Source of the DNA: an uncultured Clostridia bacterium
GTDB lineage: Bacteria > Bacillota > Clostridia > TANB77 > CAG-508
DNA length: 54,440 bases
Assembly: GCA_944387455.1 (NCBI GenBank)
Contig: CALXEY010000002.1
Location: 1-54,440 of the forward strand
Reading direction: 5' to 3'
Made by a program: the position numbers and the translations under genes. The notes under the pieces were generated by a model that was not told where the DNA came from, did no database searches, and saw only the letters and a program-made list of their open reading frames with translations. Below are positions 1 through 9,806 of this stretch, one piece after another (position 1 is the first letter of the stretch; each line of letters begins with the position of its first letter).

Positions 1-33
1 AGAAAAGCAATAAAACTTTCTAACAATGATAAA

Positions 34-258
34 TTGAAATACATAATATTTAAATCAAGAAGAGAAGGTTATGATATCAGAACAATAAGTAATGCATGTA
101 AGTTTAAAAAAGAACTAATTCAAGCTAAAGATATAAATACTGCTAGAAAATTAACGAATATAAATGATTTAATATATGTCGATATACATAGAAAACTTTG
201 TTGTACAAAAACATTAAATGGGGCAATAACCCTTGTAAAATATAATGAAAAGAAATAA
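34..258 (+). CDS. hypothetical protein (74 aa), chromosomal flank
   Basis: ORF from the track, followed by a weak hairpin plus T-run at about 270-300. No recognisable motif. Confidence 0.3.
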   Translation: MKYIIFKSRREGYDIRTISNACKFKKELIQAKDINTARKLTNINDLIYVDIHRKLCCTKTLNGAITLVKYNEKK

Positions 259-561
259 TATTTTTTATAAAAGAGAGGATTTTTTCTTCTCTATTTTTTT
301 ATTATTTTATTTAAAATATATTTCTTTATTTTTTATTTTGACCATCTTATACATATTAAGAGCCAAATGTATATGCAAGTCAATATTTGAATAATATTTT
401 CTTTTGGGAAAATTTTCAGCCTTTTTATAAATTATTTTTTTGAAATAAATTTTTATGATAAAAATTTCATAGCAAAACTATTTATATTACTATTAAAGTA
501 GTTTTAAGATAGAAAAAACTCTATAAGTATTAATTTTAAAATACTTATAGAATTTTGATTC

Positions 562-637
562 TGGTCGAGGCGACAGGGTTCGAACCTGCGACCTCATGGT
601 CCCAAACCACGCGCGCTACCAACTGCGCTACGCCTCG
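562..637 (-). tRNA. tRNA-Pro (anticodon UGG)
   Basis: The reverse complement reads CGAGGCG..GGTTCGAACCCTGTCGCCTCGACCA. It has a 7-bp acceptor stem, a GTTCGAA T-loop, the anticodon loop TTTGGGA and an encoded CCA. Confidence 0.9.
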
Positions 638-797
638 ATTTCTTATTGCTCTATTTTTTATAGAGTATTTTATTTGCTCAACGCTTATATATCATAACAC
701 ATTTTTTCTATGTTTGCAATATTTTTTAATAAATTTTCTTAAAAATATTGAAAAACTTGACTTTTTACTATATAATAATAGAGTATCTGTTTTATTT

Positions 798-836
798 GCG
801 TCTGTAGTTTAGCTGGATAAAATGCGAGCCTACGAA
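798..836 (+). pseudogene. 5' half of a tRNA-Arg(ACG)-like gene (acceptor 5' strand, D-arm, anticodon stem 5' strand and loop); 3' half absent
   Basis: GCGTCTGTAGTTTAGCTGGATAAAATGCGAGCCTACGAA aligns with 988-1026 of the intact tRNA-Arg up to the anticodon loop and then diverges. No complementary acceptor 3' strand (CAGACGC) occurs downstream. Confidence 0.5.
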
Positions 837-987
837 CCGTTAGTCAGTAATAGCAAAAGCTATTGATATATAGGCTGGTTTGGGAGTTGGTTTTTTGGTT
901 TCCCCCAACAATGCCCCCACAAATGCTTAATTAAATTTATTTTACTAATTGAACTTTTTTTTAAATTGTTTTATAATAATTATATAT

Positions 988-1064
988 GCGGCTATAGTTC
1001 AACTGGATAGAATGCAGGCCTACGAAGTCTGAGCTTGGGGGTTCAAGTCCCTCTAGCCGCACCA
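988..1064 (+). tRNA. tRNA-Arg (anticodon ACG)
   Basis: Acceptor stem GCGGCTA/TAGCCGC; anticodon stem CAGGC/GTCTG with loop CTACGAA; T-arm GGGGGTTCAAGTCCCTC; encoded CCA. The integrase gene stop lies 25 nt downstream. Confidence 0.9.
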
Positions 1065-1089
1065 AATTAAGCGTTTGTGGTTTTTTGTA

Positions 1090-2589
1090 TTAAGCACTTA
1101 TTTGCGTAAGTGCTTTTATTTTTCGCCTAATTTTCTTTCCGGTGTATCCTGTTTTTTTCTTTTCTATATTTGAATTATTCGTAATATTTGTATTATCTAT
1201 GCCCTTACTTTCATATAACTTGTCAAATACTTCTTTGTTTGCTTTTTCATTTGCTCTATTAAATTCCTCTTTCTTTCTTTTGTCAGATATATAAATATAA
1301 TAAAATTCAGTTGTTTCAAAATCAGCATGTCCCATTATTTCTCTTAATACTTCTTTATCCATACCATATTCACTCATTAATGTCGCAAAAGAATGTCTAA
1401 AACCATACACTGTCATATGTTCCAATTTGTATTTTTTAATTATAGACCTTATTTTATTATCTAGTCTTTCAGGTAAATATGGTGTTCCAATTGTATTTAA
1501 AAAAGCATATTCTTTTGATGGGTCAAATTTTCTATGTTGTTTTTCACGTAATTCTTTTCTTTCATTGTATATAGTTTTTAGCATCCTCTTTAATCTATTG
1601 CTCATAGGTATTTCTCTATAGCTTTCGTCAGTTTTTAGTTCGTCATCAACATATTCATGTCCAATAATATTAAAGTCATCATCATACAATGTAATCTCCT
1701 TATGTGCATTACCAACATAAATCATATCTTTATCAAAAAAAATATTTGAAAGAAGTAAGCCACACCCTTCTTCTGGTCTCATACCTGTTTGCAATAAAGT
1801 TGCAAATAGCTTACAAAATTCTCTCCCATCATTTTCTAATATATCTAACCACACAGGCTGTCTATCTGCTGGTAAATATACTAATTTTGTTTTTTTCGAC
1901 CTTTTCTTCTTTGGAAATTTAATTTCAAACTCCGGTACTTCTTTAATTAACTTCTTCTTTTTTGCATACTTTAATACCTGTCTAACCATTATAAAAACAT
2001 CTTTTGCTGCACGAGGATATTTTTTACGGAGATTTGAAACATAGTCTTCAACAACTTCTTTTGTCATTTCTGGAACTGTATATTGTGAGAAATTATCTTT
2101 TATATGATTTTTCAAAGTATAAGCATAATTTTCAATAGTTTTTGCACTAACCGTTTTTCCTGTGTTAGGATTAACATCTACCTTTTTATAGTTAAGCCAC
2201 ATCTTAGAAAAATCATAAAAGTTAATGCAAGAATGTACTCCTTTATGTAATATAACATCTTCTTTCGCTTCCCTATATTCCGAAAAATTTTTCAAATTTT
2301 CTTCGCATTCTTCTGAAAATACATTTTCTTCTGTAATCTCATAATTTTGTTTTACTATATAAGTTTCTATAATAAGTTGTGCCAATCGTGTTCTTGCAAT
2401 TTCTTCTGTTGCACCTGATCTTGATAATCTAGGATTTCCATCTTCTCCTTTCTTTCCTTTTTTTAATTCTAGTCTTATCCTTGCTTCAAAGCTGTTACCT
2501 CTTTGTCTTATTGTTACTGTCCCTTTCTCAGCTTTTCCAACTTTCTTGCTATTCCTTATAGCAACACTTTTACTACTTATTTTTTCCAT
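1090..2589 (-). CDS. int: tyrosine recombinase / ICE integrase (499 aa)
   Basis: The C-terminal catalytic region reads ...VYGFRHSFATLM...LREIMGHADFETTEFYYIY (R..H-x-x-R..H..Y). The N-terminus has an arm-binding-like 'TIRQRGNSFEARIRLE'. Confidence 0.95.
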   Translation of the reverse strand: MEKISSKSVAIRNSKKVGKAEKGTVTIRQRGNSFEARIRLELKKGKKGEDGNPRLSRSGATEEIARTRLAQLIIETYIVKQNYEITEENVFSEECEENLKNFSEYREAKEDVILHKGVHSCINFYDFSKMWLNYKKVDVNPNTGKTVSAKTIENYAYTLKNHIKDNFSQYTVPEMTKEVVEDYVSNLRKKYPRAAKDVFIMVRQVLKYAKKKKLIKEVPEFEIKFPKKKRSKKTKLVYLPADRQPVWLDILENDGREFCKLFATLLQTGMRPEEGCGLLLSNIFFDKDMIYVGNAHKEITLYDDDFNIIGHEYVDDELKTDESYREIPMSNRLKRMLKTIYNERKELREKQHRKFDPSKEYAFLNTIGTPYLPERLDNKIRSIIKKYKLEHMTVYGFRHSFATLMSEYGMDKEVLREIMGHADFETTEFYYIYISDKRKKEEFNRANEKANKEVFDKLYESKGIDNTNITNNSNIEKKKTGYTGKKIRRKIKALTQISA

Positions 2590-2696
2590 TCTTCTTTTCT
2601 CCTTCCAAATGGCTTAAAAATAAATAAAAAAGATTTATTATAAAACTATTTTATATTATATAATAAATCTTTCACTAAAATCAATGTTTAAGAAAA

Positions 2697-2918
2697 TTAA
2701 TATTTTCCATATGTACCATAGTTATTATCAAACCATTCCTGTAACTTTGCCCCATTAATTATAATTTTTCTTTTAAAACGAATAGCTGGAAAACCAGGAA
2801 CGGTTACGAGTTTTAACATTAAATTTCTACCTATTCCTAACCTTTTTCTAGCCTCATCAACAGAAATTCCAAATTTAAAAATCTCTTCATTGTTATTTTC
2901 CATTTGTTTCACATCCAT
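2697..2918 (-). CDS. xis: excisionase-family helix-turn-helix DNA-binding protein
   Basis: 73 aa; 'ISVDEARKRLGIGRNLMLKLV..PGFPAIRFKRKIIINGAKLQEWF' is typical of MerR/Xis-type excisionases. It lies directly upstream of int. Confidence 0.7.
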   Translation of the reverse strand: MDVKQMENNNEEIFKFGISVDEARKRLGIGRNLMLKLVTVPGFPAIRFKRKIIINGAKLQEWFDNNYGTYGKY

Positions 2919-3129
2919 TTTTTATATTTTGTACCTTTTTTCTTGCCCAAGACTGAGAATCAGCAATATTTTGTATGATATTTCTAGGATATAGTTTAAA
3001 GCATTGTTTCATTTCAATACCAAGTGTTATAGGATTTATTTCCCCAGTATATTTAGAACTTTGCATATGTTCTAAAGTAACTTGAGCATAAGCAACAGCT
3101 TCTTTTTTATTCATTGTTTGTACCTCCAT
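2893..3129 (-). CDS. hypothetical protein (78 aa)
   Basis: ORF overlapping its neighbours in an operon-like array. No motif recognised. Confidence 0.4.
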   Translation of the reverse strand: MEVQTMNKKEAVAYAQVTLEHMQSSKYTGEINPITLGIEMKQCFKLYPRNIIQNIADSQSWARKKVQNIKNGCETNGK

Positions 3130-3364
3130 TTACATACATTTCAAATAAATGAATTGCGTTTTCCCAATTAATAATTGTATTCTGTTTTAATTGGATTTCT
3201 AATTTTTCTACATAATCAAAGCCTTTTTTAGTCCTAATACAAATTTCTAATTTTTTTCTATTGTCACCAGAATAATGTATTTCTGCATACACTTTGTTTT
3301 GTTTTTCATTCAATTCATCTGCGAGTTTAATAAGTTTTAACAAATACTTTTCCATGATTTTCAC
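3107..3364 (-). CDS. hypothetical protein (85 aa)
   Basis: ORF with start/stop overlaps suggesting translational coupling with its neighbours. Confidence 0.4.
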   Translation of the reverse strand: MKIMEKYLLKLIKLADELNEKQNKVYAEIHYSGDNRKKLEICIRTKKGFDYVEKLEIQLKQNTIINWENAIHLFEMYVNGGTNNE

Positions 3365-3783
3365 CTTTCTTTAATATATTTAGGTATATCAGCAGCACGT
3401 CCAAGATTCTCACAAAATTCGTACCTATGCTTTGAAGGGTTGTATTTATAAGCACTTTTATTCCATTTTCTATAACTTTCATTAGTTAGTTTTTTGGGTT
3501 TTGATAATTCGCGTGTGGCCTGTTCGTGTTGTGCTTGTACCAAAGTGTAGTTATCTTCAATTCTTTTATTTTCTCTTTTGTGTTTAATAAAATTGTTCTG
3601 ATTTAGCTTTCTTTTTTCTTTTGATTTTTCTTTTCTAAAATTCTTTTCTTCCTTATACCTGGAATCTGTCTTTATAACTTTTGTTATATATGCAGAAGTT
3701 ACATTTGTTTTTTCTGCTATTTCTTTAACTTTCAAATGGCCAATATAAAACAGGTTAAGGATTTTATCTTTTAAGGATTCCAT
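3361..3783 (-). CDS. putative HTH DNA-binding protein (140 aa)
   Basis: The N-terminal 'LKVKEIAEKTNVTSAYITKVIK' is HTH-like, followed by a basic middle region. Confidence 0.45.
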   Translation of the reverse strand: MESLKDKILNLFYIGHLKVKEIAEKTNVTSAYITKVIKTDSRYKEEKNFRKEKSKEKRKLNQNNFIKHKRENKRIEDNYTLVQAQHEQATRELSKPKKLTNESYRKWNKSAYKYNPSKHRYEFCENLGRAADIPKYIKER

Positions 3784-3856
3784 GTAATACCACCTTGTAT
3801 TTTATTGGTTAATTTTTTGTCGACACTTTTTATATATGACAAGACTATTAGAGAAA

Positions 3857-4048
3857 TTATTTAATCTCTAATTCTTTCATTTTTTTACTAAAGGCTTTCT
3901 GTCTTTTTTTCTTTTTCTTTAACTCTTTATATAAATGATATTTTGATTTTATATTAGGTAACAAAACATCGAAAATAAAAAGTAATGATACAAGCGATAT
4001 CCCTAATAATAGACATCTGAAAAACATAATCCATATTTCTCCTTTCAT
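3857..4048 (-). CDS. small membrane protein (63 aa)
   Basis: A single hydrophobic helix 'FFRCLLLGISLVSLLFIF' followed by a Lys-rich tail. Confidence 0.3.
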   Translation of the reverse strand: MKGEIWIMFFRCLLLGISLVSLLFIFDVLLPNIKSKYHLYKELKKKKKRQKAFSKKMKELEIK

Positions 4049-4169
4049 TAATTTAGGTAAAGGACAGATAAGAGCTAGTCCAATCTGTCCTTATTTAATA
4101 TAGTGCTTCCTTTTAATTTGCCCTTCAATTTATATAAATACAAATTTTTAGAAAAATCCGACCGAAAAT

Positions 4170-4361
4170 TTAAAATTTGTAATTTTTTATGCCTTTTATT
4201 AGTCTTTCAAGTATGTATTGGTAACAGTCATCATCTCCTTTAGCATATCTCAAAATTGTTTTTCTTTTAATTTCAATTATTTTTATTAGCGAAATTTCAT
4301 CCCCACATTTTGCTTTAAAACCTAATTCACATAAACTTTGATTTTTCATATTAATTCCCAC
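4170..4361 (-). CDS. small regulatory-module protein (63 aa), Tn916 orf8-like position
   Basis: It overlaps the stop of the sigma-like gene. The assignment rests on position only. Confidence 0.35.
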   Translation of the reverse strand: MGINMKNQSLCELGFKAKCGDEISLIKIIEIKRKTILRYAKGDDDCYQYILERLIKGIKNYKF

Positions 4362-4785
4362 CTTTCATATATTTTTCGATTTTTTTCAAAGCTCGTTTTT
4401 TAATTCTTGTTACAGAATCACTGCAGATTTGTAGTATCTTACTAGCCTCACTACTCTTTAACTGTCTATCAAACAACAAAAAAATCACTGTCATTTCAAT
4501 ATCTGACAGTGATTTTAAAGCAGAAACCAATAATGGATTATTACAAAGATTAATAAACTGGTCTATACTTTTAGTATAGGCTGATGTGTTTTCATATTTA
4601 GTATATTTTTTTAAATATTCTGAATAGTTTTCATCATCAATAATCTTTAGTTCCTTAGAATCTTTTTTTAATTTTTCACTAAAATATTTCCTTGCAGAAA
4701 ATATAATTGTTTTATTTAAAAAACTATCAAATTTTTTATCTTCGTCTTTTGCATAGGAATTTTGATATTTTTTATAAACACTCAT
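4351..4785 (-). CDS. sigma-70 family (region 4) protein, Tn916 orf7-like
   Basis: The C-terminal 'LSDIEMTVIFLLFDRQLKSSEASKILQICSDSVTRIKKRALKKI' matches a sigma region 4 HTH. Confidence 0.6.
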   Translation of the reverse strand: MSVYKKYQNSYAKDEDKKFDSFLNKTIIFSARKYFSEKLKKDSKELKIIDDENYSEYLKKYTKYENTSAYTKSIDQFINLCNNPLLVSALKSLSDIEMTVIFLLFDRQLKSSEASKILQICSDSVTRIKKRALKKIEKYMKGGN

Positions 4786-5231
4786 TTTGGGTTCCTCCTA
4801 AATTATTGAATTTAGGTCAAATTCCTATTCAAGAGGAACTTTCTCGAATATTTATAAAAACCTCCTTTCTTATAAAATTACAATTTTTAAATAAAAAATA
4901 AGCCCATTAACCTATTTGAAATTGTCATACGTATATCACTAAAAACTCTCTCGTATTTCGACAAAATTCTTCTCAAATAGGTGTATTAGACCTATGCTAA
5001 GTATATACTGCCGAAAAATGGGATTTTCTTATATTTTATGGTAATAGATTTTTCTAAAATTCAAATATTGATAAATAATAATTCTTAAAAAACATTCATA
5101 TAAGTTCTTTTTTTTGGGAATACTATACTTTGCTAAAGTACAATATTTTAGTGTTACAAAGTATATTATGTTTTTACTAAAGAATATAAAATAAATGTGG
5201 TAAAGTGTTTTTTTATTTGGAGGTTCATAAA

Positions 5232-5576
5232 ATGGCTTTAGACAAAGTGTTAATTGGTGATAGAATAAGGTATATTAGAGAAAATATATTTGTAGAATCA
5301 AGAAAAAATTTTGCAAACAGATGCGACTTAAATGAAAGATATGTCGGTCAATTGGAAAGAGGAGAATTTTTATTAAGCTTGGAAGTACTTGATAAAATTT
5401 CAATATCTACAGGTATAGATACAAATTATATTTTATATGGAAAAGGAAAAAATAATAATCTAAAAATAAAAGATACTTTAATGAATATTATTAAAAATGC
5501 TGATAAAGAAGAATTAAAGGTTTATTATAAGTGCATTATTGCTATAAAAAAGTTTAAAGACAAAGGTTTCAATTAA
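5232..5576 (+). CDS. XRE-family HTH transcriptional regulator (Tn916 orf9-like, divergent from the sigma operon)
   Basis: 'IGDRIRYIRE...FANRCDLNERYVGQLERGE'. The start was chosen at the ATG preceded by GGAGG. A hairpin terminator lies at 5577-5600. Confidence 0.8.
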   Translation: MALDKVLIGDRIRYIRENIFVESRKNFANRCDLNERYVGQLERGEFLLSLEVLDKISISTGIDTNYILYGKGKNNNLKIKDTLMNIIKNADKEELKVYYKCIIAIKKFKDKGFN

Positions 5577-5682
5577 AGAAAAGTTATAACTTTTCTTTTT
5601 TATTGTGTAAATTTAATTTCTATTGATTCACAAATAAATATATGCTATAAATAAATTATAAATAAAAAGGAGAGATTAAAAA

Positions 5683-5883
5683 ATGGAAGATATTAAAAAA
5701 AGAAAGAATTATATGCCAATTGGAGAAAGTAGACTATTGAATATAAAAGTTATCATAGATGGTAACCAGATGTATGAGGGAATGGTTGAAGATGCACCAC
5801 AAGAAATTAGAAAAATGAAATATTATAAAATAGAAATGGGAAATCCTATAATATACTATGTAGACACTTCATTAGATGAATAA
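5683..5883 (+). CDS. hypothetical protein (66 aa)
   Basis: RBS AAAGGAGAG upstream. It converges on a shared hairpin at about 5888-5907. Confidence 0.4.
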   Translation: MEDIKKRKNYMPIGESRLLNIKVIIDGNQMYEGMVEDAPQEIRKMKYYKIEMGNPIIYYVDTSLDE

Positions 5884-5907
5884 AATAAAAAAATTTAAAA
5901 TAGAGGA

Positions 5908-6384
5908 TTAATCCTCTATTTTTGGTATTTCTTGAAAAGATTTAATTTTCTTACTTTCATCATAAAGAGCTTTATACAATAAATCATCATTATCTTTGTC
6001 CTTGTATAAATCATCTTGATAATGATATAGTTTCACACCATTTTCTAATATAAAGTCTTCCCTTCTATGTATAGCATATTTTGGACTTTCATCAAAATCT
6101 GACATAAATTCAAAAAGTTCTTCTGTTGTTAGCTCTGGTTTTTTTATTTCTTCTTTTACATTAATAATATCTCCTAAAAAATTCATTTTTATATTTACCG
6201 TTGGAGTATAATCAAAATCTAAGCCATATCTAACTTTCACAAATACTTTTTGCTGATTTTTTGGGCTTATATAGGTGTAAAAGTCTGTTTTATTATTTTC
6301 TCCTATTTTTTTCATATTTAAGCTCTTTACAGTTCTGTAAAATTCTTCTACTGAAAGTTGTATTTCTTTTACGAATTTTCCCAT
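5908..6384 (-). CDS. hypothetical protein (158 aa)
   Basis: ORF with an RBS. No motif recognised. Confidence 0.5.
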   Translation of the reverse strand: MGKFVKEIQLSVEEFYRTVKSLNMKKIGENNKTDFYTYISPKNQQKVFVKVRYGLDFDYTPTVNIKMNFLGDIINVKEEIKKPELTTEELFEFMSDFDESPKYAIHRREDFILENGVKLYHYQDDLYKDKDNDDLLYKALYDESKKIKSFQEIPKIED

Positions 6385-6489
6385 AATATTTCTCCTTTTT
6401 AGTTGTAAATAATTTTAGTATAATTTTAAAAAATTATTTTTAATGACTTCTTTATTAACTAGGCAGCAATCATTTATTTACAATTCTAT

Positions 6490-7017
6490 TTAATTTTCTT
6501 CTGTTTTAAAATAAAATCTACACATTTTATCTAATTGTTTAGTGGAATATTTTGCATAATTATGATTAACTTCTAATCTATATTGAGATAAGTCAAAAGG
6601 TGTATTTCCTTGTTCTTTTATTGTGTCAATAAATGCCCTCGAAAAATTTTCTCCTAATGCTATAATTCTCATAGCTTCTAATATTCCATTAGCTGCATTT
6701 ATTAGATAAACATTTAATTTTAATCCCATATTTTCTCCTGGATACTCTATTTTTGAAAGTTTTTTACTTAAATGAACATTGTATGGGCAATCTAAAGTTT
6801 GAAGTAATCCTAATTTTGCTACAAAGAAAATGACACTATCTAATTTTATAAATTTGAAAATAGCTTTTCCTTTTTTACAACTTTCAATTTCATCTTTTGT
6901 TGGATTGTTAAGGTATATAAATAAATTTGCTCCCGAGCTATCAATATCAAATCTACAACCTTCCATATAGCTAGTCTTATCTTTGTTGAATAATTCCCCT
7001 ACTTTTAATATTTCCAC
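6490..7017 (-). CDS. hypothetical protein (175 aa)
   Basis: ORF with an RBS. No motif recognised. Confidence 0.5.
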   Translation of the reverse strand: MEILKVGELFNKDKTSYMEGCRFDIDSSGANLFIYLNNPTKDEIESCKKGKAIFKFIKLDSVIFFVAKLGLLQTLDCPYNVHLSKKLSKIEYPGENMGLKLNVYLINAANGILEAMRIIALGENFSRAFIDTIKEQGNTPFDLSQYRLEVNHNYAKYSTKQLDKMCRFYFKTEEN

Positions 7018-7117
7018 ACTTAACCACTCCTATTTATTAGTATATATTACTTATTATACTATATAAAAATAAAAAAAACTAGTCTATCTCTTCAAAAGAA
7101 TGAGATAGACTATAAAT

Positions 7118-8206
7118 TTAAGCTGAGCTCTTTAATGTGTAATTGACATTAAAAGTTTCATCAAAAAAATCTAAATCAAAGATTTCATTAAAATTTGAAA
7201 TGCATTTAGTATCCAGATTATATCCTAGTGGTAATAAATCACGAAAAATACGATTTATAATATAATCTAAATTATTGTTACAATTAGGTATTCTTATAAT
7301 AAAAGTAATATTTTTAATATTAGTATTTTCAATTTCTTTCAATATCATATATGAATTAGAAATATTTTGAAAACTAATAACAGGCATATTTAAAGAATCT
7401 TTTATAAGATTACCTAAAATAAAATTATCAGTTAAAATAGCACTTGTTGTATTAGAAGTTATATTACTTTTCATTATATAATTTTTTGTAGCTGTTCCAT
7501 TTATTTTGTTATTACTTGAAAACCATATATCTTCCGTGTTATTAAAAGATTGGTCTAAATGAACTGATAATCCTTGTATGTATCCGTTATCATCAAAGAC
7601 AGGTATAAAAAATCCATTATATTTATTAAAGCACCAGTTAAAATCTTCCTCTTGAAAAAATCCAGGTATTCCTGCAAGATCATACTTTTTAGATAAAATA
7701 TTAGATATTAACCTTCTTTTTATATATTTCTTGGGTACAGTTCTATATAAATTATCTTCAATGGAACTATCTAATAAACCAATTCTTCTTAAATAATTTC
7801 TATGCTGACCTTCTAATTTTAACATATCTAGTAAATCTCTATATACTCTATCTCTTAACTGTATATCTGCTAATAAGTTTATAGGACTGATTTCAACTGC
7901 CACTTTGTTTTGAGAATAGCACTCTCTATCTAAAAGTTCTTTATAGGCCTCTTGATTACTTATTTTTTTCATTCGAGCATATAAACCTATTGAATATCCT
8001 CCAGCACCACATCTTACACAATGATATTTATTGTTTTTAGAATTTAATGATAGTGTAGAAACTTTACTATTTTTATTATACCCACAAAATGGGCATATTG
8101 CTTTATATTCAGTTCCTCTTTCATCTACTATTTCCAAACACAACTGATATGCTACATTTAAAATGCTTATATGTTTTTTTACTTCTTGCTCATCTAAATA
8201 ATTCAT
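7118..8206 (-). CDS. DnaG-like primase-related protein with a CHC2 zinc finger
   Basis: 'CPFCGYNK...KYHCVRCGAGG' is a CHC2 zinc finger. Downstream, 'GFFIPVFDDNGYIQGLSVHL' resembles a primase core. Confidence 0.55.
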   Translation of the reverse strand: MNYLDEQEVKKHISILNVAYQLCLEIVDERGTEYKAICPFCGYNKNSKVSTLSLNSKNNKYHCVRCGAGGYSIGLYARMKKISNQEAYKELLDRECYSQNKVAVEISPINLLADIQLRDRVYRDLLDMLKLEGQHRNYLRRIGLLDSSIEDNLYRTVPKKYIKRRLISNILSKKYDLAGIPGFFQEEDFNWCFNKYNGFFIPVFDDNGYIQGLSVHLDQSFNNTEDIWFSSNNKINGTATKNYIMKSNITSNTTSAILTDNFILGNLIKDSLNMPVISFQNISNSYMILKEIENTNIKNITFIIRIPNCNNNLDYIINRIFRDLLPLGYNLDTKCISNFNEIFDLDFFDETFNVNYTLKSSA

Positions 8207-8227
8207 AATTCTTGTATCCTTTCTTAT

Positions 8228-8395
8228 CTATTTTCTTTTCCAATAATAAAATGTTTCATTATTACACTTTACTACAAATTCTTTTCTATTAATAAATTTT
8301 TTGTTATATTTTTTTATAATCTCAACGAAACTAACTAAGTCCTCCCAATATGGTGCAATTAATAATAATTTTCCATTTTTGTATAATTTAAACAT
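8228..8395 (-). CDS. small hypothetical protein (55 aa, below the track cutoff)
   Basis: Manual translation gives MFKLYKNGKLLLIAPYWEDL.., with AGAGG upstream. It fills the gap between 8206 and 8411. Confidence 0.3.
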   Translation of the reverse strand: MFKLYKNGKLLLIAPYWEDLVSFVEIIKKYNKKFINRKEFVVKCNNETFYYWKRK

Positions 8396-8410
8396 TTCAA
8401 AAACCTCTTT

Positions 8411-8794
8411 CTAATAAATTTCATCTTCTACAAAATTAGTAATATCCATCTTTTCTATTTTATTATTTTTATGTAAAATCAATTCTAATTCATCTGAGTA
8501 ATACCCATTTTGTTCGTTATAACACGGTACAAAAAACTTTTCTCCAATTTTAGAAATTAAATTAAAACCACAGTCTTTTTTTCCTTCTATTAGGTCTTTC
8601 AAGTTTTCGCAAAAATCAACTTCATAAATATTAACATTCTTACCTGTTTTAGTTGATACATTGTATGTTTCTAATATGCTAAAATCTGCATATACTTCTT
8701 CACAGCAGTCTCTTTCATGATGATGCTCTAACTTATACCCATTATTAAATACTATTTCACTATATTCTATTTTTACGATTTTCAATTTTATCAT
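8411..8794 (-). CDS. hypothetical protein (127 aa)
   Basis: ORF within the operon. No motif recognised. Confidence 0.5.
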   Translation of the reverse strand: MIKLKIVKIEYSEIVFNNGYKLEHHHERDCCEEVYADFSILETYNVSTKTGKNVNIYEVDFCENLKDLIEGKKDCGFNLISKIGEKFFVPCYNEQNGYYSDELELILHKNNKIEKMDITNFVEDEIY

Positions 8795-8828
8795 CCTTTC
8801 AAATTTAAATTTTATTTAAGTGTTAATA

Positions 8829-9188
8829 TTATACTCTGATTTCACACATATTTTTAGTTGCATACACTTTTAGTAAATACTCCTGTCTTTTACGGTAATT
8901 TATTCTAGCAGAGCATTGATTGCATAATACTTTATTATTTCTACTTACTCTCTTACCACAACTGGTACAAATTCCTTGCTCTTTTAACTGATAGTATCTT
9001 TTTTTAGCTCTTATGCGATTTTTTGCCTGTCTTTCTTTTTTATGAGCCCTATTATATTTCAAAGATTCTTCTCTGCTTTTCATCATACATTGCAAACATA
9101 AAGTATGATTCCTTTCTGCATCTTCTTGACCACATCTTACACAAATTTTGTGACTTTTATAATATTCATAATTATTTTTACTACACAT
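8829..9188 (-). CDS. double zinc-ribbon protein (119 aa)
   Basis: Two CxxC...CxxC units (CVRCG..CLQC; CTSCG..CNQC) are separated by a basic helix. Confidence 0.5.
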   Translation of the reverse strand: MCSKNNYEYYKSHKICVRCGQEDAERNHTLCLQCMMKSREESLKYNRAHKKERQAKNRIRAKKRYYQLKEQGICTSCGKRVSRNNKVLCNQCSARINYRKRQEYLLKVYATKNMCEIRV

Positions 9189-9204
9189 AATTTTCCTCCA
9201 ATTC

Positions 9205-9450
9205 TTAAGTATTTTTATTATTCAAAATTTCTACAATTACATCTTCTAAATCATAATAATCACTACCATATATACGAGCCTCATCTTGATTTTCTTCTCT
9301 GTCGTCATTTGGTATTGTAATATCTTTTTCTTCTAAAAATTCCTCAAGTTTATCTAGTATTTTTATAGCAGTCTTGCGATTTTTTTCAATTTTAATTGTG
9401 TTATTTCCATGAATTAATCTATCTTTAATAGTACTAACTAAAAAAAACAT
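9205..9450 (-). CDS. hypothetical acidic protein (81 aa)
   Basis: ORF within the operon. Confidence 0.4.
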   Translation of the reverse strand: MFFLVSTIKDRLIHGNNTIKIEKNRKTAIKILDKLEEFLEEKDITIPNDDREENQDEARIYGSDYYDLEDVIVEILNNKNT

Positions 9451-9462
9451 AATATTTTCTCC

Positions 9463-9795
9463 TTATATTTCTAGTTTTTTTAATATATTTTCAAATTTCT
9501 CTTTAAACTCTTCTTTTGATATACTTTCTACATAATCATTATTTTCTAAATATTCTCTAATATAATTATCTGTATAAATACCTTTATTTAATGAGTATTC
9601 ATAAGAAATTGTACGGTTACTTATAATAGTTACAATTACTAAATACTCTTTATTTTGCCATATACCAAAAAAAGTTTTTATTCCGTCATATGAATTGTAT
9701 CCTTTTAGAAAGATATTTTTAGTATCTACAAGTTCAAAATCTCTTTTTTCTTTAATAAATTTACTTTTCTCATATTCAATAATAGTCATAAACAT
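9463..9795 (-). CDS. hypothetical protein (110 aa)
   Basis: ORF with RBS AAAGGAGA. Confidence 0.45.
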   Translation of the reverse strand: MFMTIIEYEKSKFIKEKRDFELVDTKNIFLKGYNSYDGIKTFFGIWQNKEYLVIVTIISNRTISYEYSLNKGIYTDNYIREYLENNDYVESISKEEFKEKFENILKKLEI

Positions 9796-9806
9796 TCTCC
9801 TTTCAT

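Noticed and set aside
555-812. 85-aa plus-strand ORF from the track
   Set aside because: It runs antisense across tRNA-Pro (562-637) and on into AT-rich intergenic DNA. There is no RBS, so it is judged spurious.
798-987. tRNA-Arg gene interrupted by a group I intron in the anticodon loop
   Set aside because: No 3' exon (T-arm plus CAGACGC acceptor strand) exists before the next tRNA at 988, and 150 nt is too short for a group I intron.
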